Below are positions 11,601-23,600 of a DNA stretch of 64,000 nucleotides, piece by piece; position 1 is the stretch's first letter, and each line of letters begins with the position of its first letter. The position numbers were made by a program, and so were the translations under genes. The notes beneath the pieces are model-generated. The model saw nothing but the letters and a program-made list of their open reading frames with translations. It was not told where the DNA came from and made no database searches. Origin of the DNA: Hydrolagus colliei (Eukaryota); NCBI GenBank assembly GCA_035084275.1, contig CM068743.1, forward strand, positions 128,588,001 to 128,652,000, written 5' to 3'.

Positions 11601-14600
11601 TGAAGCTCTTTGAGACGTCTAAAATACATGAAAATTGCGATATCAAATGCAAGGATTATAAATAGACTGTTCCCACTTGTTTGGGAGTCTGTAATCAGAA
11701 GTATGATAACTATTAGGGCAAAAGAGAATTAGGAGGAACTTCTTCCTGTAGGGTAATGATGATAATAATAATAATCCTTGCATTTAATATAGCGCTTTCC
11801 ACATTTTATCAACGTCCCAAAGCGCTTCACAGAATATACTGTAAAGTGAATTGAGTGTATATATTTGTGGGTGAATCGCGGCAGCCAATTGCGCACAGCA
11901 GTGTCCCACACACAGTCGTGGATTGAAATGATCAATTTTATTATTGTGTTTTTTGGAGGGATTATTATTAGGAGTGTGAACACAGGTCTCCCCAGCTTGG
12001 TTTCCCCAGCTTGCAAGACAAGTGCTCTAGCCACTGAGCCACAGGAGCTCCAAAGCAGTGGTTGAAGCAGATAAAAATAAGTGCATGAAAGAGGAAGCTG
12101 AATATGCAGGTTGGGAAGAAGGATATGGGAGAAAGTAAGAAATGTGTGCACATTCATGTGGAGTGTAAACACCATCACAGAGTAGTTGAATGGAATGGCA
12201 TGTTTCTATGATGGTGTAATCTATGTGAAAGGCACTATAGGAAGTGTAAATTGTTGATAAAGACTTTTGTTAGAAGCCTGTGCCTGTTGTATGCCCCCAA
12301 AATCAAAATAATCTTATTAGATCAGTTTGATGTGCTAAGGAGCAAGAGATACTTTTTTGCTTATCTGATAGGTCATCCTCATAGCAACATTAGTTTATTT
12401 ATCACTGCTGCAACATCTACAATTGGGAGGTGGGAGGGGGAGAAATCACTAACAAACAACTGGTCTTTGTCGGGGGCAGTTTCCGGACACACAAAGAATT
12501 CTTGTTTTTCCCTTGGAAATATAACCATGATTCATCATTATTTTAAGGCTTATAAAATTATAGCTGATAAGCTTTGATGATAACTGTCCAGTATTCAAGA
12601 ATTTGGTTTCCTACTTGATCACAAGAAATATTACTTTGTATTCAATTCATATGTAATAATCAAAGGGGCTTGCTCTCTTTTATTTCAAAATATAAACAAT
12701 GTCAAAGGAGATTTTCTTACAACTATAAATCATGTGTGCCTAAAACAGCATTGAAGGAATGTAAATAATGATGCCTTTGGAAGATGTCATCAGAACCTAC
12801 AGACAAGGGGAATTATTTAAAATGCACATGCAGGAGTCCCATCTGTGAAGCATTATGAAATTGGCTGGGCTCCTTACCTGTTTGATTCATTATTAAACTT
12901 ACCATCCAATTCCATTTTAAAGTACTGTACCCAACTCAGGTTTTTAATACCAGGTGTTGCCTAGGTGCACCAATTTCATTAGTTCTATCAATTAACTGAG
13001 GAATCTGGCTCTATGAAAAGTGAATAGGACTTTTTGTCTTGAAATATTTTATGGAAGATCAGCTGCATTCAGTTAGACTGTTTTTGCAAAGAAGCAATTG
13101 GGATTTTCTATGATCTTGCCTCGTATTCATTAATGCTAACAACAAATTCAATCCATTTGGCGTTGTATTTTTTGTTAAAAAAATTCAGCTACTGATGATT
13201 TCTTCTGATATTCAGTTTAGGATCATTGAATTCCCATCCATCAAAATGTTGCATGGAGCCAGCAATGGGGAGATCAATTAGCAGGAAATTCAACTTCCTA
13301 ACAAGCAATCACATTCTGTGGCTCCATTTTGACTGTGTTGCATGAAACCATCTGAAAGTAAAGACTCAAGCATCCAAACCTGTTCCTCTTTATTGTGAGA
13401 TGTCATCTTAGGGAAAATTGTTGAAATACCCAGAGAACGAACTATACCCTTCAATCAGCCTAAACTTTGCTTTAAAAAAAAATTCTAGTACCCTTGGCAG
13501 TTCTTTTATGAAGAATCAAGAAGCCTTCCCAGCGAAGCTTTGAAATGATTCATACTAGATTTGCCTTCTTCCAAACAATTTCCGTGTGTGTTTGGCTAAA
13601 TCTCTGCTCTAAGGAATGCAGAGATTATTAGGAAGAAATCCTATCTCCAAGATGTTTGAACTTGAAATGCGATAGTAATCCTTGCCGCATGCATCAAATG
13701 AAACTAAAATGGATAGGTAGATGCATAGTTGGATACATTAGAGAAGGTGTGACATATAAATTGGTAGAACATCAGCCTATGGGCTAGGTGTATGTCAATT
13801 TATGACTAAGGTTAGGAAGATATTTAAGCCGACCTGTTCCCGCCAATTTATAGGCATTTTTTTCTCCAGTCTGTGGGATCAGTGGTCTAAAATACTACAA
13901 GTATTTATTCTCTCCTATAATTCATAACTCTCATTCTGTCCCAAGACTTTGAATATGTTTGCAATACAATTATCTTGGTGCAAAGAAAGAACTCTGAAGG
14001 TTAAGAGATTTTCGGTTGCAGTTAACAAAGACTAGCTGTTGTGAACTAGATTTGCATGAGTCTATGATCATATGTGATCATCTCAGATAATCAAAGTGGG
14101 GAAATCTTTTCCAAATATTAATTGGGCCCAAAATAAAAAATGGAAGTTTTTAAAAATAACTATTTTGTTATAACATCTGAAGAGATGATCGTGGAGATGG
14201 ATACCTAAAAGTAAATTAACTTTTTTTGTGTCATTCAAACCAAATCCTTAATATCTCACTTGTAATTTTCACATATGGTATCGTATAATCTTACAAGCAG
14301 TGTCATGTTTGTAATTTTTACATACAGAAGGCTCCAGGAAGAAGAACAGTTTCGTACATCATCTTTGCCTACTATCCCAAATCCTTTTCCAGAGCTTTGC
14401 AGTCCTGCCAGCTCACCAGTGTTGACTCCTGGTTCGGTGCCTCAGAGTCAACCTTCCCACAACCATGTGAGTACACCTTTCAAGATACAGTGTTTAAGTA
14501 AAGCCTAACCCAATCTTAACATAGTGAAGCATTCTTACAAGCTAAATTTATTGAATTTCAAGACATATTGAAATATGAAGTTAGTATGTTTAGCTTTTAT

Positions 14601-17600
14601 TTAAAGTAGTGTAGTAGAACTCCTTTATTATAATAATAATAATCCTTGCATTTGATATAGCGCCTCATGACGACTTCACAGAAAATACTGTAAAGTGAAT
14701 GGACTATTTTGTGGGTGAGATGCAGTAGCCAATTGAGCACAGCAGTGTCCCATTGTTACTGTGGGAACTGGCTGGCTATTTGGATTTTTTGGATTATGAG
14801 TGAACTTCTTTTACAAATTGGTTTTGTCTGTAGTTTGGCTTAAACATTATAATCAAACATTAGCTAAATATATTTCAATAACTTCTACATGCAACTAAAA
14901 TAGCTCTCGGCACCAGCAGGGAGAATTTATGCAGTTCTTGACTTCAAGAGCAATATTCTAGGCTCAGTTGGTTCAGAAACTATTATTGATTCAGTTAATG
15001 GTTGTTTTAGCACTCCCATGATTTAATAACTCAGCCACAACAGTGTTTCTCAAGAAAAATATGAATGCTGAGAATCAGTATATGTAAATCTATAATCGTA
15101 CAGAAAATCAGAGTAAAGAGTGATTTTGGTAAATCCATATTGGCATTGTACACTATGATTTTTTAGATTCTGGATTTGAGTGGCACACTTTCAATTGTAT
15201 TCCCCCATAGGAAAGACCTCTAGCCAAGATTCTTAGCTTGTTTTTATGGCAGTTTCCACTTGATTGGTTGAATTTTGAGGGAAACGACATGTTGATTGTG
15301 AATTCTCTATTGGTTTTACGATTGGATCTTTGATTTTAAAATCCTATTAAATTCAGGTCCACGTAGCAGCAATTTCATTTTCCATGATCTCATTCATTGC
15401 TTCAGGTTTGTAGGGAAAATGCTCTTAATTTCCAAATTGATAATGACACTGGGAGAGGCTCACTTCTCAAATTGTGTTATTTCTTTTATATCCATTTGAA
15501 CAGACAGAAGAGACTGTCTAAAAGACAGCACCTCTCCTCTGATTATGCTTTACTCACTGCATTGGAATATCCAGCCCGCAGGACAGTTCCATTGTTTACA
15601 GCATCTCTAAATATAAAGGCAATCATGATTAATATGTGGTTGATGCAGCGTATATTGCATTATCAAAACCGCCGAAACCCTGGTTCATGCCTTTGTCACT
15701 CTCGGCTGGACTATGCCAATGCCTTCCTCGCCTCCACTACTGTTCATAAAATGCGAGTTATCCAAAATTCTGCCACCCACATTCTCACCCGTACCAAACT
15801 TTGCTCCCCGATTACACCAGTCCTTGCCAGACTGCATGAGCACCCTGTCTCGGAGAGGATCGATTTCAAGATCCTCACTCTTTGTTTTCAAATCCATCCA
15901 CTTCTCTGCAGCCCCCACCTCTCTGACCTCCTCTTTCCTCACAACAGCACCCGTTGCCTTCACTCTACCGGGTCTGGCCTCTTCCTTGTCCCCCAAATCC
16001 TCTGCTCCACCATCGCCAGCTGTGACTTCAGCCACTACGTCCTGAGGCTCTGGAATTCCCTTCCTCTCTCCCTTCGCCTTGCTCTATCTCTTCCTATTTT
16101 CAGATCTGGGCTAAAGATATTTCTTCTCAACCACGCTTTTTGTCACCTTTTTCCCCCTTCCCCTGGATCGGCCCCGGGATCTTTTGTTGGGAAGTGCTCT
16201 GAGACGCCGCCTGGCGTCTCAGAGCACTTATGAATCCAAGTTGTTGTTATCACCACCTTTCAGGAATGAATGCGCTCAAGAAGGGAAAAGGTCTTTCTAC
16301 CCATTTTTCACTGCAGTTATCTTGGATTCAGTTGGGTAGAGGTAGGCATGGAGAATATTTATGAAGCAATATACAGTAAAAGCCCATTTATCCGGCACCC
16401 AATCAACCGTAACTTCCGTATAATTGGCCTTGCATAAAAAAGGTCCGCATTCGATTAACTGGAATTTATCCTGAAAAATGCATTGAAATTGTTTTTTTTG
16501 CCATTTCGGCCAAATATCCGGTAGGCGCTTTAACCGGCATTGGCCAGGTTCCGAGGGTACGGATAAACGGGCTTTTACTGTATGTCCATTATTGTCTGTA
16601 ATGCTATTTTAAGTAGAGCCATCATTGAGGCTGACATTACCATTTACCTGCTGAACTACCCTTTTCATTCTGCAAGCCTATTTATTTCAGTCCTTAAGCT
16701 GAAAACTGCCACCCCCCTTATTAATTACCCCTTTGTAAACTGCGAGCCCCCTAATTAATTTGTAATATGGCAATCTTACCTTGTAGGATTATTATAAGAT
16801 TAACAACCAGCCTCTTTATTTGTTAATTACATTATTGAGGGGACCTGTAATTCCTTCTAAACATGTTTTATGCTAAATTTAATTCGATGAATAATTGCTT
16901 GTTTCAGTAACTTAGACAAATCCGGAAACCCCTGCTCAAAACACTATCCAAACCAAACTGAGATTTCCATGCATCCAACCTCTGGATGAAAATTCTGGTG
17001 ATAGATCATTGAAATGGGAATGCCGACTCTCCCTAGAGGGATACATTATACTTACCTAATTCCTGAAAGCATTAGGCACATGTTTGCTGGAGCCAAGGCT
17101 TGAGGACTCTCAAAGTGTGTTTTGAGGTACTACTAGAATCTAACCAACTAAAACCGTATAGCTTGCTGCTGATAGCACAGTTTGGCGAGCCTTCTCATTA
17201 GTTCCCTGCCAGAACTTTCCCTGCCCATTAGGGCTTTGAGTTGCAGGGTTAACAGTAGCTGAGTGGGATGATTCTCTGTACCAGTGACTGGTCTGTCACC
17301 GACAAGCCAGTACTGTGGTGTCATCAGTAGTGCCCTAGAATACTGCATACATAAGAGGATTTCAAATTTTGGAAATGTTGGTATTAGTTCTTGTATTGAA
17401 ATACTTTTAAGGAAGTAAATTGAGGACATGTAAAAATCTTTTTGAGATTAACTTTATTGGGAATGTTTAAAATTAAAAGTTCTGAGAAAACATAAACCTC
17501 ATATAACCACATTCCAGATGGAAAACCGTATGTTTTACATTACTGAGAATAAATTAAATATGTTGCGGCATAGTTTATGATTAAATGGTTGTTGGCCTGC

Positions 17601-20600
17601 TCCACGTCCCCCAACCTACCCACCCAACCATTGGTGGGCGAACCTTCAGACATAACCTCTGAAACTCCATCCTGAAGTCCCTCCGCCTCACCCCCTCCCT
17701 GGCCTCCTTCAAGTCTCGCCTCAAGACTCCTCTTCGATGGACCCATCGGCAACTCCTTCTCTCTCTACCCCCCTGCTCAGCTCGGGTCTGAAGCAGTAAC
17801 TGTCCAGCACCTTGGGACGTCCTCCTGACGTGAAAGGCGCTATACAAATGTGATGTTGCTGTTGTTATCAAAGCACTGAAAAAATAACCTTCAGGAAGCT
17901 TATTAAAAATTAAGTTATAAAAAAATACAATAAACTTCTCATAACTGCATTCCAAGAAAAGGGGCTTATTGACTAATTATCCACAGTGGCTAGTTAGATC
18001 CTCCTGGGGGCACTGGTACTGATTGCAAGCGCTTGGTGGAGGTCGGGTGCACATACTGAGATGCTCCATCCTGTCTTAGAGGCCTCTGGTCTATTGGAGA
18101 GGTGTGTTGTGGTCTCCTGCTCTATCTTATTGAAGGATAGTGTAGGACGTAGTGCAGAGGCTAAACACAACTCTCCAATAGATCAGAGTTCCCCTACAAT
18201 GCATTGTGCACTCAACCTCCACTGAGCACCCACAACAGTCACAGGAAGGACAAGAGACCTCTGTGATGGAAGACAACAACAGCAAAATTACATTTATAGA
18301 GCGCCTTTCACATCAGGAGGACGTCCCAAGATGCCATCTTATAGCATGTTATCCAATTCATTTTACATTGAAGTACTTAGCAGAATTTCTAGGTATTGAC
18401 TTGGTGTGTGTCAAGTGGTTGACAAGTGAATCAGAGGCTCTTATTAACATTTTGCATAGGCAGCGGCAGGGATATTAATCATGCAAGGAGTTAATGAAAC
18501 TAACAGTAATAGAATTTAAGTGGACAAACACTAAAGATTTTCTCATTGTGGTTTAGCTCTGTGCTAATGTACAACCTCTTTATTTTCGCAAACTTTTATT
18601 TTTTTAAATGGTGAATATTGACCAAATATTAATTATTTGTTTGTGTAACCTATAACAGGAGCAAATAATCAAATGGATTTGGGGTATTAGTTCTAGGTTC
18701 TAATCTTATCTTGGTTCATATTGAATTTGCAAAACAATTGTGAGCTAAACAAAAAGTTAGGAGGATAGAAAATCCAGAACTACTACTTCCTGTTCAAATA
18801 CTTTCCCAACCCATCTTGGGGGAAAAAAACAATATTTGAATACAGTAATGTCTCTTTCTCAGACTAACAAAGACCTACGTTTAATGATACTGCTGTGTCA
18901 TGTCTGTTATGGAGAAGAGGCGTACGGATCCAGAAAAGCTACTTTCACGTCTAATAGAGTAGCAAACAAGAGATCTTCACGGAAAACCTGTTTAGAATAC
19001 CGAGTAGTAAATTCAGCAGGGCTCTGTTCTCAGGATTCCTACTGTTCATAAATGACTTGGAAGAGACTTACAATTATACAATTTATATTTAAATAGTGCT
19101 TTTTGCACTCGAAGGATGTCTCAAAGTGCTTCATACAGCTGGCTATTCACCCGAGCTTGGAGAGGGAGAGATGAGAGGGAGATTCTGAAAGTGCAAGTAA
19201 AAGATGTACCTATTAAGACAGGCTTGAAAAGTCGAGAGGGAGGTGTGGGGCACGCACATGCCAGGATGAAATATAATATTTGCTGATGAATCCAAAGTAT
19301 GTTGGACACAACTAATATAAATTAAATTAATTTTGAAAAAAGAGTAAAGTGTTGGTGATTTTGAGGACTGTCACAGTGCTGTGGGTGGAGGACTCAAGCA
19401 GGGAGTGCAGGAAAAGGTGAAATTAGGTTGCAACAACAAGAGGCATGACTTTGGAGAGAAAGGGGAGGTTGGAGAGTTTTTCTACTTGGAGGAATATTAT
19501 GACAATTGCCCAGGCATCAATACTCAAAATATTCTTCCAACTACATGCAGCAAATAGCAAGTATTGAAAGCTATAAATTCAAAAGCCGAGCATTGTGATA
19601 GCAATGTCTTTGACATGACGCAAAGAAACTTCAAATCCCTCTAAAGGACAATGGATCATTTTCATGATTCCCCAGCAAATCCCATCTACCTGCTACTACA
19701 TTGCTTCTGAATTCAAACAAGTGTATGGTTGCAACAGTGCTGTGTGGTACAAAATGATGGGTATAACGTCTATAATTACCCATGTTAAAAAAAAATTAAT
19801 TCTTTGATTCTGCCGGAGAACAGGAAGGAACCAATATTTGATGTTATCCTAGGACGCTTTTGTGTAGATACTTGGGATGCCCAAGTTGAACAAGGTATTA
19901 CAAATGTAGTATTTCATATAACTGGAGAAACACCTCCTTATACTTTTGCATATGTAGTTTTATTGTAAAACAACAACAACAAAATTACATCTGTTTGGGC
20001 TTATCACGTCAGGAGGACATCCCTAGGCACTGGACAGATACTGCTTCAGACCTGAGCTGAGTATGGGGTGGGTGGGGATGGGACGGAAGGAGGTGCCGAT
20101 GGGTCCATCGAAGAGGAGAGTCTTGAGGCGAGACTTGAAGGAGCCCAGGGAGGGAGGCGAGGCGGAGGGACTTTGGGATGGAGTTCCAGAGGTTGTGGGC
20201 AGAGTGATTGAAGGCTCGCCCACCAATGGTTGGACGGGTGCGTCGGGGGACGTGAAGCAGGCCAGAGCCTACTGAACGGAGGGATGGGCAGGTTGGTAAG
20301 GGGATAGGAGGTCACAGGTGTTGGATGGGGCGAGGTTGTGGAGGGCTTTCAATGTGAGGACCAGGATCTTGAATTGGATCCTCTGGATGATTGGGAGCCA
20401 ATGGAGCAGGCAAGGATGGGGGAGATGGGGTCATGGAGTTTGGAACGGGAGAGGACACGGGACGCAGAGTTCTAGATTATCTGCAGGCTGTAGAGGGAGG
20501 AATTGGGAAGGCCGAGGAGGCAGAGAGGGCCCTGGTCACAGATGTTAAGAATGTCATTAGAGACTTTGACCACTGTTTGAAGTTCATAAAATCCTAATGC

Positions 20601-23600
20601 ACGCTGTTAAGAGACCATGATTAACTCCACATGCACAACCACCCAAATTACTTCTTGATCATATGCAGATTAAGAAGTGATGTCACCAGTAATCTGGTGA
20701 CCTGGAAGTTGGCCACTTTTAGTGCACCAAAGCTAAAATAACTGACTGCTGGGTCAACCAGTTGCTGCCGACATCGCTCCCTGTGTACTGCACCTACACA
20801 ACATACAGGAAGCAATGGCAACAACCTTGTGATTTGGAAATCAGTCATTTTCACCTGAGAGTTGGCAGGCACATGGGTGACTGCACACTTGCGCAATGAA
20901 ATGAAGTTCATATTGCAACCAGTTTATAACTATCAGTGCCATAAATAAGGCCATTTTAATGGGAGCAGCACTGTATGTATAGTTCCTATTTGTCTGGAAT
21001 GCGTCTTCCCAGAGGGGTGCCCAGTTTACCTGATCTTGGAGAGTTTAGGCTGAGGCTGATGAGAGCCAGGGCTTGGGGATACTAGAATGTGCATTTGACT
21101 CCTGCTAGAATTAACCACCAACACGCCATTGGCAAGCTTTTTGCTCCCTCTAAGCCACTTTATACATTGTGACATCTACACCACAAATATACAGTCAATT
21201 CACTTCACAGTACATTCTGTGAAGCGCTTTGAGACGTCTAGAAGACGTGGAAAGTTCTGTATCAAATGCAAGGATTATTATTGTCAGGATTTTGGAAGCT
21301 TCACAAAGCAGTTTTCCAAACTGCATGCACGCGAATTGCCACTAGAGGGTACTTGACCATCAGTTAGGCAAAGTACCAGATCTGTGATACAAAATACATT
21401 CTCTTTAGCTGCAGATAGATTGACTCCAGAAGATTCTAGTAAATAAGCTTTCCTGTTTTTTGGCCAGTCGGGTGTCTTGACAGGTACGGAAACCCATCAC
21501 CATGCTTCAGAATATCCAAACCAAACATCCCACCTACACATGGAAATGCCAGAGATAGGTTGTTGGAATGGAATGCACACTCTCTCCCTGGGGGGACGCA
21601 TTCTTTTTTCCTAAATCTGGAAAGTATTAGTCACAGGTTGGCAAGTGCCAAAGAGTTGGTACTGTTGGAGTCGAACCAGCTAAAATCACATAGCCTGCCA
21701 TTAAATGGAGATTATTAATGAATACGTTTAGGCTGAAATGAATAAATTGAATGCATAATTGCCTCCTATTATGCAGCTTTGTAGAATTGCTAATATATTT
21801 ATCGATATCAATATGTAGCGACCTAAATGGCATCATATGTCTTAATACCTGTTCATATTTATACCAATGTCTTACAGAGATTTTCTGTATTGCTGTTGTA
21901 TTTGCATACAATTTTACAGAAAAACTGAAGCTCTTTGAGAAACTTCAACATGATAAAGCACTATATCAATTGCAAGGAATATTGTGTCATGGTGAACATG
22001 CTCCCATAGTAACCTAATGTTGATACTAATGGTATGAATTAGTGCTTTTTAGATTCTATTATTCATTTAGGTGTGAATAGTAATATGCTTTGTTCCATTC
22101 TACTTTAAAAAAAAAAGTAAAATGTATTAATTAGTGCAAAGTTATGTAAATTGTGTACGATTTGCTTGTCTATAGAATCAGGGCTCCAGTTTCTCTTAAT
22201 GTTGTCCCCTGCCCTTAGATGAATAATAATATATAACATAATACTGCATTTGATATAGCGCATTATAGGGTCCATCAATATTGAAATTTTCCGATATCGA
22301 TATATCGGTTTGCCCATAGTGATATATACCGATATATCAATATTGCGGGGGTTTTTGTCCTGCACATGTGTGCGCATTCGGAGATGCACGCGCATTCAGA
22401 GGTGCGCGCGTATTCGGGGGTGCGCACGCATTCAGATATTAACAAGGTAAGTTGAAAAAGTCCGCATCATACCAATATATATCGATATATCGCCGGACAC
22501 GATATACCGATATTTGCGATATATCTATATATTGTTTTCATATCTAATTTTTTGATATATCGATATATTTTAAATTACGATATCGGCACATCGATATGAA
22601 AATTATATCGATATAACCGATATATCGATATATCGCCGGACCCTAGCGCATTATCACATCTTCAAAACGTCTCAAAGTGCTTCACAGAATAAGGACCACT
22701 CAGTTTTATTTGATCAATTTTTCTCTTGAGATTTACAATAGTTTCAGTGAGTCGATCGGTAAATTTTAAAAGATTATTCATCAGAATTGAATTTTTAAAA
22801 CAATTTGTTATGTTACAATGGGTGCACATTTCTAGAATCAGCATTGCAATGAGGCAGGTTTGGGGATCTGTGCACATGGGCATTGTTGGGCACATCACTC
22901 AGGTAGATTTGGGGTTGTGCTTGTTAAGTTGTTGTGCAAATTAGTTTCTGTTTTTTTTACAGAAAGTGCCCTTTTTTGTGTTTATTCTTCTCCCCCACCC
23001 CCTGATTTTCTCCTTTTTTGTCAAAATAGATCCCAATTCTCTAAGTCCTTCTTTTGTGCAAGAAAATTGACTAATAGTCTTTCCAGGCGAAGTACCATGA
23101 ATTCAGAGTTGATTTCAGACAGATGAAGGTTTAACCCTCCTAGGTCATTATTTTTTGTGTGATATTAGATGTGCAGAGCTGCCTGACAGCTGCATAGGCA
23201 CCTGATTCGCTTAAAAGTAGAATACAGTAGTAGCATGGTGTTAAGTTGCATCCTTTGTTAAAGTAATAGTACATAATTGCTAGCTGACTGAAACCAATCA
23301 TTATTGCTGAAGGCAGCTAAACCAATCATTATTGCTGAAGGCAGCTAAACCAATCATTATTGCTGAAGGCAGCTAAACCAATCATTATTGCTGAAGGCAG
23401 CTAAACCAATCATTATTGCTGAAGGCAGCTAAACCAATCATTATTGCTGAAGCAGCTAAACCTGAAGTTGCTGGAATCCGGTACTAAGGAGTGGAGAAGT
23501 TCAAGTGCTTAAGTTGCATTTTGATGACATCAGCTACTATAAAGCTACCCATTGTGTGGGATAATTGGCAAACATAGCAAATTCTACGTTTGCCAATTAT

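Noticed and set aside
15397-16233. 278-aa ORF
   Set aside because: Chance read-through from intron sequence into an L2 ORF2 3' fragment.
23291-23462. CRISPR-like array of 28-bp repeats
   Set aside because: Units abut with no unique spacers, there are no cas genes, and it lies in a vertebrate intron.
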